Source: Hormiphora californensis
Taxonomy: Eukaryota; Animalia; Ctenophora
DNA length: 64,000 bases
Direction of reading: 5' to 3'
Assembly (NCBI GenBank): GCA_020137815.1
Contig: CM035350.1
Coordinates: forward strand, 9,300,001-9,364,000
Shown: piece by piece, positions 28,263 through 63,076 of the stretch
Layout: every line of letters begins with the position of its first letter
How positions within the stretch are numbered: position 1 is the first letter of the stretch
Translations under genes and position numbers: made by a program
The notes under the pieces: generated by a model
Databases searched by the model: none
What the model was told of the DNA's origin: nothing
What the model saw: only the letters and a program-made list of their open reading frames with translations

Positions 28263-28966
28263 CTCCTGGTGTGTCCTCCCCCTTCTACATTCTCTACTTG
28301 TAGAGCAGTCAGCAGGGGAGCAGTGACTCCTGGTGTGTCCTCCCCCTTCTACATTCTCTACTGGTAGAGCAGTCAGCAGGGGAGCAGTGACTCCTGGTGT
28401 GTCCTTCCCCTTCTACATTCTCTACTTGTAGAGCAGTCAGCAGGGGAGCAGTGACTCCTGGTGTGTCCTTCCCCTTCTACATTCTCTACTGGTAGAGCAG
28501 TCAGCAGGGGAGCAGTGACTCCTGGTGTGTCCTCCCCCTTCTACATTCTCTACTGGTAGAGCAGTCAGCAGGGGAGCAGTGACTCCTGGTGTGTCCTCCC
28601 CCTTCTACACTCTCTACTTGTAGAGCAGTCAGCGGGGGAGCAGTGACTCCTGGTGTGTCCTTCCCCTTCTACATTCTCTACTGGTAGAGCAGTCAGCAGG
28701 GGAGCAGTGACTCCTGGTGTGTCCTTCCCCTTCTACATTCTCTACTTGTAGAGCAGTCAGCGGGGGAGCAGTGACTCCTGGTGTGTCCTTCCCCTTCTAC
28801 ATTCTCTACTGGTAGAGCAGTCAGCAGGGGAGCAGTGACTCCTGGTGTGTCCTTCCCCTTCTACATTCTCTACTTGTAGAGCAGTCAGCAGGGGAGCAGT
28901 GATTCCTGGTGTGTCCTCCCCCTTCTACATTCTCTACTTGTAGAGCAGTCAGCAGGGGAGCAGTGA
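28197..28966 (+). repeat. 64-bp tandem repeat x12 of the last codons and stop of AP5B1
   Basis: Unit GACTCCTGGTGTGTCCTCCCCCTTCTACATTCTCTACTGGTAGAGCAGTCAGCAGGGGAGCAGT starts at 28197 with exact period 64; TGA is re-formed at each junction. Confidence 0.95.
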
Positions 28967-29353
28967 GGGGATTTATATTCTATTTGGGCTTGTGGCGGAG
29001 GGGCTTCAGTGAGGTACTGCAGGAAGTGAATTTATCTGGGGCGCTGATAAACACTCAATGTCTGCTATCAGCAGTTGTTATTCTGTTATTTGGAGTATTG
29101 TGCACTAATTCCTGTAGGACGTCCCTGAGTTTATTTATCTGATGAAGTCGTGTTGTTTGATTTACTGTTTAACCATTACATCTCGTCAGTGTTAGCATTA
29201 TATCCCCATGTTATCCCCGTGTTACCCCCATGTTATCCCCATGTTACCTCCATGTTACCCCCATGTTACCCCCATGTTACCCCCATGTTACCCCCATGTT
29301 ATCCCCATGTTACTCCCAACCTTTCCATAACCCCCTCTCTTTTCACCTGTAGG

Positions 29354-34911
<5,558 letters not shown>

Positions 34912-35014
34912 ATCACACAACAAGAGGAGGAGCACCACGCATGTCCCATCACCAGCATTGTATATCTCGTGATGGGCTCACCTCCCCTCCAGTCTGTATA
35001 TTTGTTATGTTGCT

Positions 35015-35754
35015 ATGTCGTCCAACAACAACAAGGTTAAAGTTCTAGTTATACTGAAGAGAACCTCGCACCCCTTCAAAGAGGACAAGTTGTTTTGGAA
35101 GCGGAATGATGGACAGTCACTTCCTGCTTCATTTAAGGTGTGATGTTGTTGCTTTGTTTGTGATACAACTTTCATTTGCTTTTACTATTCTCGTAATTTC
35201 TTTCTTCTTTTATCCAATCGATTGGGTAGAAGAAGAAAGAAATTGCGATCTTCTAGCTATTATTTCTGCATTTCCAACCCAAAGAATTCCTCATCAGTTT
35301 CCTTCCTCAGGTTTACAAGCGATATTGGCCCTACCAAGGACCTGACACAAAGCCCTCACCATCACTGAGATGCCTTGTTCGGCTCGATACTTCACATTCG
35401 GACGGCATCTACTCTCTGTTTTACGGTAAGTAAGTTGGTACAGCTCATTTTATTCATTTATTTTATTCATTTATTATTGCATACTTGGGCACGTCGCGCT
35501 ATCCCCTGTACGTGGCGTGTGCCGTCTCCGACGAAGTTGGCAGCTTCGTTGCCAAATTGCATACCAACTAGTATGTATCTCACTTTCCTAACAATACACC
35601 AACTCATATAAGTTTCATTATACTCAAATCACAAACCCCCGACAATGTTGTTTCAGGTAAAAAGCCGTTGGATGTGCAAGTTACAGTGCTAAAGGGGCGA
35701 TGTACTGTCCGCTTCGCCAAGGACACGGTTGACACCCGCAAAATTGATAAATAA
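35015..35754 (+). CDS. Small unknown protein (~112 aa), 3 exons
   Basis: Phase-consistent exons 35015-35137, 35311-35425, 35657-35754: MSSNNNKVKVLVILKRTSHPFKEDKLFWKRNDGQSLPASFK|VYKRYWPYQG...GIYSLFY|GKKPLDVQVTVLKGRCTVRFAKDTVDTRKIDK*; AATAAA at ~35768. Confidence 0.55.
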
Positions 35755-36692
35755 CTTGGATGCGAGGAATAAACTTTTAGAGTGAATGGGTCGGACCTGA
35801 TATGAACTTTTAGTAGTGAAGGAATTCAATTGAATTTTTGGTTAATTTGACAATTTGAACGGATATGTTTTGTTTTAAGTGGAATGTTTATGAGTTATGT
35901 TATGTGACAACTGCAAGGGTGAAGGATTCTTCGATTGTTTGAGTGGATATATGTTTTACAGCGTGGAATATTTCGTTTATTTGAATATTTTTTTACATTT
36001 TTTTACAACAAAATGAACTTGTTTAACATTATTTCACATGCAGGGCAAGTGGTTGCTCACTGCTCAGTGCCTAATCGTCTTGGTAGCGCCTCGCAACAAC
36101 TACCAACCCCTTGCCCTGCAATTGAATTGGAGTTGGATTCAAGAAAATGGATGATGGAAGGAGGAGAAGGTGTCCTGATCAGTATAGTACATGTCCTGTC
36201 AGGCAAATGCTCTGACCACGGTTCTCGAGCACGATCAGGCCAATACTCTGACAGTGCATGTCCAACTGTGCAGTAGAATATGTTATTAAAGTTCACTGGT
36301 CGGCTCATTAAGGGCTTGATACAAGCACTGGAACGGTATAAACACGGTCTCACGTTCACCCACTCAATTTAATTGCCCGGTAATTAGCTCCTAAACGGTG
36401 TCTTGTTCGAACAGATGGGTAATTAGTAGTCGTTAGTAATTATAGTACTCAGTGTAGCCCATTGTACTAGCAGCTGATTGGAAACTGATTTACACACCAG
36501 ATTGCCCTGTCACATGGCCCTGTTCTCACACCGACTGCAGACTGATTGGACACTGATAGGGTCAGATTGCATAGTGCGTGTGTGCACCTCTCTCTGATAA
36601 GGCTATCAACTAACTGCCTCTTTTCTCTCTCTCTCTCTCTGCTTCTCACTTTTCCCTATCCCAGCAATATTGCTCCCTTTGTTCGATGTGAA

Positions 36693-39273
<2,581 letters not shown>

Positions 39274-42200
39274 CTCTCAATAGCTCTCTTTCTTGATCAG
39301 AGACAATAATCTGACAATTAAACCCTGTTAATTTGAAGTATTTCATTGGTCAATATGAATCGATAGATGAGCTCGTTTTTCTTTGGTGGCCTGGAAGATA
39401 GAGAGAGAGAGATGCATCATGGCGCTCTCTCAGTACGTTGAGAGCTGATTAGCATGGCGCTCTCAGATTATGATTAATTAGCGGGGTGGGGGACTTAGCA
39501 TTTCCGTAGTTGACGCCTGCAATCCCCGGCACGCAATGAAGGTAAGGCACTGCATATCCATCTATCCATCTCTCTATCCATCTCTATCTCTCTTACTCTC
39601 TCCCACTCATTGTTGCATCAATCTCTCCCTGGCCCTCTCTCTCTACTGTCATCAATAAGTGGTCTAAATGGATCTAGCGTGGGGTCTAAAACCGCCGCAG
39701 GGAACGTTGCCGCGTGGTGTAGACCACTTTAGACCCCCTCTCTCTCATCTGTACAAGAGCTGCTAACTGCGTGCGTGTCAGACCCTGTCACACTATGATT
39801 ATAGGGTACAAGAGCTCCTCATGTGTTCATCCCGCCCGATTTGCTGTCAGACCCTCCACTTTTAGTGAAGTACATGGTATAGTTATCCCACTCCCCTCCC
39901 GCTCTTTTTTCTGTTCTGTGTCAGGCTGTATTGTATAGAGAATAGAGATGCTCCATATGATCCATTGCTTGTACGTCCCGCCCGAATATTGTGTGTAGTG
40001 GGGTGGTCCTGTTACACTGGGTGGTTTATAGTGTACGGATTGTTTGTGCCGTAGGGGCCCTGCAATTTGTCACTCGTTAGCTCCCCCTGCAATCCTCTCT
40101 CCCAATAAAGTGTTTCCAATAACGGGATGTTCGCCCCCTGGATGCAGGGCGGGTGGTTGTTCATAATAAAAATCTGAAGCACCAGACCTCTCTCTTCTTT
40201 GCCTCTTCTCCTCAACGGAGAATGTGTGATACCTATCTCGCTCTCTCACTAGGTGGTTACTGCGGCCATGCCTACTCTAGCTGAGGCGTCTCCGTGCTTG
40301 TCAGAGAGAACACTGTAACAATGTGTAATGAAAAGGCTTCTGGCTAAACTGTATCCAAATCGCGAATATCTTCTCATTTCTTCTCCTTTCTTTCTAATTC
40401 TCTCTCTCACCCCCTCCTTCTCTCGCCCCCTCCTATCGATCTCCTCCCTCTCACCCCTCATTCTCTCCTCCCTCTCTCTCTTCTCCTCTCTCTCCTCCTC
40501 CTCGCTACTGCTCGCGTCCTCTCGCAGTCTGGCCTCTCCCTCGCTCTCGTGCATGTCTCGTCAGTCTGCTTCTCTCCTCTGCTCTCTCGTCTCTTCGTGC
40601 TCCTGTCACACCTCTCTTTCCGTCTCTGCTGCCTCTCCTCTGCATGTTCTCTCGATCGCTCCTTGTTGTTGCCCTCGTCTCTCACCGGGCATCTCTCCTC
40701 ACAGTTATTCTTGCAGATCTCGTCGGTCTGTTTTCCGACCAACCGGCGTCTCACGCGTCCGGGCCTCCTCGTCATCTCTCTCTCTCGTCACCTTCATTAG
40801 TTGGCGTTTTCGCGTCGTCTCGACAGCTGTTGATGACAGTATAGGGCACTACTGTTCTCAAGCTGTATGGGGATGACTGTCTAACTCAACACTATCTTCC
40901 TGCATGACTGAACTGGCGACAGCGACATATATCGAGAGAACAGCAGTATTACACATATCTCTACTACTAGTACTACTATACTGCAGAGCCTAATCCCCCT
41001 CCCTGTGAAATAGAGACTCTTCTCTCTGCAATATCCCAGCATTCGAGGGAAGTGTCGACAAGGTCGCAGTTACCGTCAGTTACTGTTCATGGCAATATAA
41101 TGATCATCATTTGGCTTCCCGCACTCACCTTGTTATGGGTTGCTAGGAAGCTGCTAGGCAACGCAGGAGAAGCTGTTGCTAGGCAGTTGGAGAGACAGTT
41201 GCGCAGTGGTGCAAGACTCCACACGGTGGTACTAGATAGAACAGTGACTAGACGAGTTGTTGAGAGATCCGCAGTTGCAGTAGGTGGTTTAGTTGTTAGA
41301 TGCGGGGCCGGACTGTTGTTAGGGAGCTGCGGCCGGGCTGTTGTTAGGGAGCTGCGGCTGGGTTGTTTAGGGCTCGGGTTGAGGGCGGGGTTCCACTGCA
41401 ACACTATTATAACCCAACACAGAGTACAGAGAGAGTGGCCAAGTTCACAATTGAAGGGGGCGCGTGTGTTGCATATGCTCCTCCTTCTATTATCACCTAC
41501 AGCCTACCTGCGCTCTGTCGGGTACTATACTTGTGGAGGGAGAACTAACTTAATAACTACATTATTGCTAATCTATGAGGTGGGAATGCTAATAATTCTT
41601 CAAGAAGGGGGCCAAGAACCGACAACTACCCGCTCTGAAAGAGAAGAGAGAGAGAGAGAAGATAGTAGATCTAGAGAGATTAGCGAGATCGCGCTAGAGA
41701 TAGCGAGAGCGCTACGAGAGATAAGCAGATATCGAGAGAGAGAGAGAGAGGAGAGAGAGGAGGGCCTAAGTGATAGAGAAAAACGTGCGACAGATAGAGT
41801 AAGGGTAAGCACATTACATACAGGATAGGGAAAAACGGAGAGAAAAAGAGAAAGAGAGGGTGAGAGAAAGAAAGAGATAGACGCAGTGAAGAAGGAGAGG
41901 ATAGTGAACGAAAAAAGGAAAAGAGAGTAGCAGGAATAGTTATTGAGGGTTGCGCTTTTTCTAGTCCGGGGACGGTAATAATAGACACACCATCTAGTGC
42001 TAAAAAGCGGTTAGGTATACATGTGTAAAGCGGTAATTAAAGGGGAGGAGCTGCTGCTGCTGCTGCCGCTGGAGGGGGAGTGTTCCTCCTCTCTATCGGT
42101 GCAGGATCACATGATAGGGTCCATTGCACGCTCTCTCCCCTGTGTGATGGGCCCCGTACCATGCAATGTCTGCCACGCGAGATATATTCATATGAGTGTG

Positions 42201-42549
42201 TTAAAAGAGGTCTTCCAATCTAATATTGGGAGGGAGGTTTGAACCCTCCTCCCCGCCCCTATTGGCAAGACCCTGCTCCCCCCCCCCTCCCCCCACCCCG
42301 ATTCTATTAAAAATAAATACTCAACTATCCCCCTCCCCCTCAAGTCTCTCTCCATAACAGAATTGTATCATTTTGCGGCCGTTGTGTTTTTGCACGGCTG
42401 CTGCCCTCGTTCTAATATTAGTTGCAGAGAGACACTGAAAGACTGATACAAGGTATTGGTCTGCACTCCACAAAACAAGGCAAAATGACGGTTTCTGCAC
42501 TTCAGAACTTGCCGATCACACCTCACGCAGTAGCACTACAGATGCAGTG

Positions 42550-42649
42550 NNNNNNNNNNNNNNNNNNNNNNNNNNNNNNNNNNNNNNNNNNNNNNNNNNN
42601 NNNNNNNNNNNNNNNNNNNNNNNNNNNNNNNNNNNNNNNNNNNNNNNNN
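42550..42649. other. Assembly gap (100 N) within a low-quality region (~40.2-44.0 kb)
   Basis: N run; flanking scrambled GA/CT-rich sequence. Confidence 0.99.
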
Positions 42650-43612
42650 GGTATTTAAAAAGAAGCGGCCTGACACAAGAATTTAAGTCTACAAAGGGTG
42701 GCAATCCACAGTGCGCTTAATGTAGTGCGGCGTTATGTGCATGAGAAATGTTCCAGAGATAGCTAGTCGTAGATATAACATATATATACCACCGACAATA
42801 TACAAGCATAAATCATACGGAGCTTGCAGTTCCCAACATAAAACAGAATAACACATTCACATGCGTACTCTAGCAATACCACGTGATCACTGCCCACCTA
42901 GCATTCACTATAACATTTACACGTAGCGAGAGGGCGCTCAGACCGGAGCTAGGATGATCATCAGAGGAGAGAGTTGTAAAACGGAAAGAGAGCAACGACT
43001 GGTGTACAAAGAACAACGTCCATAGTGTTGGATCTAGCAATAGTAGGCCGGTTAATCCGGGGGGGAACTTGTTCCCTCGCGCGCGTCTTTACCTTGACAA
43101 GTAAAAAATCTTCTCACTACATTCTTTTCTCTCATCCACGGCTCTCTTTCTCTCTCTCGGGGGGTGATAGCTCTCTCACACTCACGATCAATTAAACGAG
43201 AAATCGGGAATGGGAAGGGGCAATTAACAAACGGTAAGGGACCCCATCGATCATATGACTTGGGGGTAACACTGACCAGTCGCTAACCAGGCCTCTGTCA
43301 CCTGACCAGTAACCAGTCAGAGCCTGCGAAGAAGACCGAGAGGCGGAAGCGACTAGCGAGAGAGAGAAGGGAGGCGAGAGGAGATGGCCTGAGGATGAGA
43401 CGAGAGAGACGGAAGATGAGAGAAGAGAGAGAAGAGGAGTTGCGGCGGAGAGAGAGAGAGAGAGAGGAAGAGAGAGGAACAGAGGACGGACCGGATAGAC
43501 AAGAGAGAGACGGAGAAGAAGATGATGTCCCGAGAGAGGGAGATGGGAGATGTCATGAGAGGGGAGAGGAGACGACGGAGGAGAAGGAGCGGACCAACGA
43601 GGCGAGGAGATT

Positions 43613-43648
<36 letters not shown>

Positions 43649-44199
43649 GACAATAGAGATGGAGAGTGAGAGAGAGATGGGTATAGAGCGCGTTGATTGG
43701 CGACAGGTTGTCGCCTGTTAAATACCCTGCTGGCAAATACGGTTCATTACTTTTGAACACCTAGTGAGAGCTCTAATGTAACTAACTAAGAACGGGAACC
43801 GGGGGAACCCTCCACAGGGCAACAGGCCCCGCCCAGGGTAAAAAAACCCCCCCCTTAGGGTGCAATCGTGAGGGAGATTTGGGCCGTACCAGGGGGGAAA
43901 AGGGGGGATGGGGGGTCGGTCCCTCTCATACCTACACACATACTGATAGGGGGTTGTGCTAGCCGGGGGAAGAGGGACATTGTCTCGGCCGCACAAGACC
44001 TTTGGGCTGTTATCTCGAGACTAGATCAACGAGTAAGGGGGCTGAACGTGGCGAAATCAAATCGAATTAAGAGGGTGCAAGAGAGCATGGTGGATGGAGA
44101 TGGAGGGTGGTATTATCATTATTAGTCGTTACTGTTACAAATTTAACGGCCGGGCTCATTTTAACAATCCTGTTTGATTCTTCAACTCATTCTAAGTCC

Positions 44200-44274
<75 letters not shown>

Positions 44275-45110
44275 ACTCTCTCTTCCTATCCCCCTCATTA
44301 TCCTAAACCTATAATATAATGTCCCTCCGCGATCCCTACTTTTATTTCACGCTCCGTTGCCTATTGTTTTACACACGCGCTCTCACTTATCCACCCGCCC
44401 CCTTTAGTTTAATGTTTGGGTTTGACACGCGTTTTCTGAAAAGTGTCTAAAAAATTTGACAGCTGTTGCACGTTTTTCTTTCACTTAGTTGTACTCTCTC
44501 TCTCACTTATAATTTCTTTGTACCTTCTATACAGATGCTTCCCACTTTGCGTGCAACCCTAATTATAGTCTTTGGTTTAGTAGTCTTCGTTAGAGATTCA
44601 GTGGTTGTAATCAGTATATCAAGCTGAATACGGCTTTCAGCTTATCATTGCAGTCTTTTACGGATAGAATAATTGTTTTCTTTAATTCGAATATAGTTTA
44701 GTTTAGCAGGGTCGGGTATAACAACTAGAAACAAGTCTATTGGTCGTGTCATTCTGGTTGAATTGGTCACTTCTCCACTGCTTTTTGTATAATCAACTCC
44801 CTCGCTGTAACAGTCGAACTCCCTTGTCCATATCCGTAGTAACGGTCCAACTCCCTAGCAACAGTCCAACTCCCTAGTAACAGCCCAACTCCCTAGTAAC
44901 AGCCCAACTCCAGCTCCCTTGTCCATCTCCGTAATAACGGTCCAATTCCCTAGCAACAGTCCAACTCCCTAGTAACAGCCCAACTCCCTAGTAACAGCCC
45001 AACTCCCTTGTCCAACTCCCTAGTAACGGTCCAACTCCCTAGTAACGGTCCTTAGTAACCAATTCACTAACACATGTTTCCTTCCTGCCCGTTTGCCAGG
45101 TTTGTTCTGC

Positions 45111-58152
<13,042 letters not shown>

Positions 58153-58420
58153 TAATAATTCTTTAATATATTCATATATTCTGTAACTGTTTACTTTTAT
58201 AGTTTATATTTGTACTCCTCTAGGAAACTATACTTCCTTTGTATTAGGCCACCATCCCATTTCTATATTCTCGTTTAAAAATCACTGTGTTTCAGTTCGT
58301 CAAAATATATCAGAATATCAAATATCCAATTAACCCAATTATGTAATTAAACGGTGTGACGAACTAAGCTCCCACCGATATAATATCATCTGTCAAATAA
58401 TAAATTGAAAGTCACTGCTG

Positions 58421-60347
58421 CTAATTAGAATCACTGTCACTGGCCCTATAGTCCCTCCTATATCTCCGATAATCGACTCTCTTGTTACACTCCCGATGTA
58501 TCTGATTCTCTCGTTTATTGTAATCCGTCCTTCGGTCATCCTCATCGTTAAAATTGGAGAACACCGATGTGGGCCCTGTTTCGTATGAGAACTGCCTCCT
58601 TCCTCCCTCTCGGGGGCTCTCCTGACCGCCTCCCCCAACCCCACCCCCAGGGCGGTCGTTGGCTCGGTAGTAGTAATTGCCTGGAGAGAGGAGGGTGTTA
58701 AAATTGGGTATGTAGCTAGCTGGAATTGCGAGATAGCTCAGATAGCAGATCACATATCACTTCCAAGCCCCATGATTACAGTTTTGCTGCACATGTTCAA
58801 ATAGCCAAAGAAAGGGATCAAGACAGATTCAGATGGATATGCACGATTAGCTAATTGCCATGATTAAACCGCGAATTAAGTACTTTTATTTCAAAAAAGT
58901 GTGCTTCAATAGCCAAGCATTATTAGCAGATCACATCTCACATCACACTACTGATTCACGGGATCACATCACACTTTGTGCTTTAGCAAACTCCACACAC
59001 GCACACACCTTTATGAAGGGCCCCTAGCATTATGAGTGTGCTCAGCGTGTCACTCGTCTCCCGGACGGGCCCTTGGGGCCTCAAACGGGGCGAGGGGGCC
59101 TCCCACGCCGTGGGGGTCTCGGGGGGAGCCTTGTCGTACTCAAACTCAGGAAGCTCGTCCAGGGCTGTATTAAGTTTCTCTATGTGACTGTCTACTGTTT
59201 CTACAGGGGGGAGATAAGGGGGGGTGTTACCTGAATAGTAGTTAATGTTTTGATGAAGGAGTAACTATTGTTGTTGCCCTGCAGGTGACAATGGCCCGGT
59301 GGACTCTGTGTTGGTGGGGGCCTTGTTATCAGATGTTATACCAGGTGATTTCTGCATAATTGAGATAGTTTGGTGAATGGTATCAACTAAGGAATCCTTC
59401 ATTGCAGCCAGGAGGCTCTTCTCGTCTCGTGTAAAATCAGACAGGACGTAGTCTGTAACCTCCTCTTTGGACGCGGGCCGACCTGAGAAGATGGTAATTG
59501 AGAGAGTAATTGAGGAGAAGATGGTTTTATTCATAGGAAAAGTTATCAATTTCTGAGGATGGAGAAAAGATAATAACATAATGGGAGTCCCTTACCGATT
59601 CCTATCCTAAGCCGTTTGAATTCTGAGTATTTTAACCGCTCCTGTGTGTCAATGACACCGTTATGACCGTTAGCGGAGCCCCCATTCTTTATCTTGAACC
59701 GTCCCAGGGGCAGGTCTAGCTCATCGTGTAGAACTAGAACATTGGATGGTGGTAACTCCAACTGCCGGACTGCTTTCACCACACTGCGAGGAGGAGGAGT
59801 CTTGTGGTGGAAAATTTGAGAAGGTATAATCCTCCATGAAAACGAATGAGCTGTCTAGTGTCTACCTTTTTCCGTTGAGATTCATGAAGTATTTCGGTTT
59901 GAGGAGGTGTATCTCTGCACCGCCATGACTAAAACTCGCCATGTGTCCTTTACAGTTTTTCCTGAATGACAACTTTACATCGTGCTTCTCCGCTATACAT
60001 TGTAGCAGGTATTGTCCTGAAAGAACGGGTCAATTAGCATACCAATTAGCATATCAGTTAACATTTGGGTGACAATGTTTACTGTAAACAGTTGTAGTAC
60101 ATGTTAATATCAATTAAAGTATCAATTAGCAGATTGATTAGAGGTTCGCTTACCCATATCAATTAGCATATCAATTAACAGATTGGCAGGTTCGCTTACC
60201 CACGCTGTGTCTGGATCGAGGTGCTGGATAATTTCCCAGTCCCACCACCAAGATCTTGTTTCCATTGTCAGGGACTAAGGTACTGGACTCGGTAGAGCTC
60301 AGGGAGAGGAGACGCTTGAAGGAGCGACGTAGGGTTCCCGTACTCAT
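58421..60347 (-). CDS. PTRH1: Mitochondrial bacterial-type peptidyl-tRNA hydrolase, possibly with two extra 3' exons (the unspliced form stops at 59265)
   Basis: Presequence-like [25 protein letters not shown]...[67 protein letters not shown]. Extension via donor at 59341 to exons 59200-59009 and 58680-58421 is phase-consistent but unproven. Confidence 0.85.
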
Positions 60348-61001
60348 ACAACGCTATATGCATGGGAAGTTTGGATATTAGGGACCAGGATACAACTCTG
60401 CGCTATATGTATGGGAAATATGGATATTAGAAGCTCAGGAGTCAGGGACCAGCTGATACAACTCTGCGCTATATATGCATGGGAAATATGGATATTATAG
60501 ACTCTCTGCAGGGACCAGGGTGGTGGGTAATTGCCAATGCAACTGGTGCTCGAATAAGAGCTAAGTCAAGAAGATATAGAAGTTAGGAAACCTTGTTGAG
60601 TAGCAAGGGGTTACCCAACAAAAGAAAACAGCTAGATAGCAGTGGATATCCACTCAACAAAGTGGATCAGGAGTGGAGTTCAAAGCTGGATATATAACAA
60701 AGTGAAGACTCAGATTAAAGAAGACAGTACTGCAACACCAGATGTGTGAACTGTGTGTGTAAAGTCTTCTTAAATCTGTGTATAATAGGAGTAGAGCACA
60801 ATACATACAAGATTAGGAGGCGTGTTATAGGGTAGATTGGATAGAACTAGAGTATGCACGTGTAGATTGGATAGAACTATAGAACAAGAGTGTAAATATA
60901 GCGTAGACAGGGTTAATCAGGGGGTAGTCATAAGAGAGATAGAGAGACGCAGAAGGATATATCAGTAGTAGTCAAGTCATTGGTATAATGGTATATGTTG
61001 A

Positions 61002-61800
61002 TCACTCTCCAAACAGTTCTAGACTGTAGACAATTAGCCGGCCATAGAAATCTGTTAATTGGGTGAAACACAGTGACAGGGAGTCTGTTGCTGTCATGGT
61101 AACCGGGAACTCTTGAACCACATTTGAGTCAGCAGGGTGAATTGTACATAGGATCTCCCCTGAGGTGGTGTCCTTGAGGTCGCACTGCCGGGCTGAGAAC
61201 CCACCCTGAAACTGTGTTAAATTGTGTTAGACAGCTGTGTTAGGAACTTGTGTTAGGAAACTGCGTTAGACAGCTGTGTTAGGTCTAGTAACTTGTGTTA
61301 GGAAACTGCGTTAGACAACTGTGTTAGGTCTAGTAACTTGAGTAAGGAAACTGCGTTAGACAGCTGTGTTAGGTCTAGGAAGTTGTGTTAGGAAACTGCG
61401 TTAAATTGTGTTAGGACTGTGGGATAGGAGTTTGTGCTAGAAAACTATAGGTGAATGTTAGAAAATAGAAATTAAACAACTGTGAATGTCTAAGAAGTGA
61501 CAGGATATGTATTAAATTACAGCACGCTAAACCGACATACCGTTAGCATGCAGACAGACCCCAGACACTACTATATTCCATGCATGTTATGCAGATATCT
61601 GTTCATTATACCTGAATTTTGATCTTGGATATGTTGGTTTGTTGTTCAAGTTTCAGAGATACCTGCTGCTTCTCGCCCCCGTCTGAACTCCATGCTGTGT
61701 CAGGACACCCGTCAAACATGAACTTCCGGCCGTGCTCCTTATTGTTCCTTTGGAGGACAGAGCTCACTGAGCTGGATACTACCTTTACCGCTGCTGCCAT
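61002..61800 (-). CDS. NR2C2AP: Nuclear receptor 2C2-associated protein (TRA16), 2 exons
   Basis: Exons 61800-61612 and 61211-61002: VSSVLQRNNKEHGRKFMFDG..TAWSSDGG...IQ|FQGGF...HPADSNVVQEF...TDFYGRLIVYSLELFGE*. Confidence 0.9.
61208..61415 (-). repeat. ~45-bp repeat carrying copies of the NR2C2AP exon-2 acceptor and CTAAC branch-like motifs
   Basis: GAAACTG(C/T)GTTA at ~61208, 61257, 61302, 61347, 61393 (minus strand TAAC(A/G)CAG|TTTC). Confidence 0.75.
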
Positions 61801-62543
61801 GCTGGACTGATACTATCTACCAGCTGTCTAAATCGCTGTGCCGGTGTGTGTAACTGCTGCTGGATATGTTTGTGCATAGAATAACTCTGCTGCTGGATGT
61901 TTGTTGTTTTGCTAAAGGACCTTGTTGCTAAAGTAGGGAAGCGTTGTTGTTAGTTTTGGGGCGGGAGAATGGGACATATGGTGGAGGGTGGGGGTGGACG
62001 GTTGTTATTTGTTAAGGCTCATATTGTAGTCATGCAGGGGGAGAGAGAGAGAGAGAAAAACGCAGGTCAGGGGGAAGAAGTTTCTGGTCAGCTTAGCCGA
62101 TGAAAGAAATGAAGGCTTGGGAAATTACAGATCTCTAGACAGGTTCTCTAAACAGAATCTCTTCTAAGGCTGTAACACGTGTAACGATCCAGTATGGCAC
62201 GTACCTTGATCAGTACAACTACTACACATGTATGACAGCACTGAGTGTGTGTTTTTCAAACAGAACGTACAACAAGTGTAAAGGTGTTGTTTGGCACAAT
62301 AAACTGCATCAGACAACATTTACAGCAGGCAACGGGCCGGGGGTAAATTAGAAAACAACACTGTTTGTTTGACATTACATATAGCGCTGAGTACTTTGAA
62401 TATAGTTTTAGACGGGGGCGTTTACAGGAGACGTGTGCTGCTTGTTAAGTGTGCGTCAGATACTATCAAACACAGAGTGTTGCTCAGATCTCATTCAGAG
62501 TGTTGTCATAGGATATAATATAAACTATCTTTCTCTCTCTCTC

Positions 62544-62607
<64 letters not shown>

Positions 62608-62811
62608 CTCTCTCTCTCTCTCATTCTATATTTTCTCTATCAATTCATCTGATCAGCTGGGTGATTGAGATCACTAATTCACCAAGAGAGCGTGGTATTG
62701 CTAGTACAAAACAACAGACAGCTTAGTTACACAGGAAATCAGAAAATCATGTCCGGCACGTGCCTGTAATCATCTCTCTCTATATCACACACACACTCTC
62801 TCTTTCTCTCT

Positions 62812-62842
<31 letters not shown>

Positions 62843-63076
62843 TTATCTCTCTCCCCAATGTTGGTTTTCTCTCCCATCCTCTGATTCTCTATCTTTTCTC
62901 TATTTCTTTCACATTTCTGTTTCTCTAGGTAGGAGAGAGAATCAGATTTTTATTTTCCCTCCTCTTTATAAACCCGGCCCAATCTCTCCCATCTCTCTCT
63001 CACACACACTCTCTCTCGCTCACTCACTCCATCTCTCTCAATATTATTCCATTGGCCAGGTAAAGATTAAACCAAA

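Noticed and set aside
28197-28966. Regular arrays as CRISPR
   Set aside because: Units are contiguous with no unique spacers, the context is eukaryotic, and no cas genes are present; the same applies to the other arrays.
40200-44000. Long ORFs (e.g. 41052-41828, 40328-40876) between the AXH gene and GREB1
   Set aside because: Scrambled GA/CT-rich sequence around an N gap; 41050-41450 looks like a degraded inverted copy of ~44800-45200, so probably misassembly.
59265-60347. Bacterial-type Pth as horizontal transfer or contamination
   Set aside because: It has spliceosomal introns and a presequence-like N-terminus; PTRH1 is a normal eukaryotic gene.
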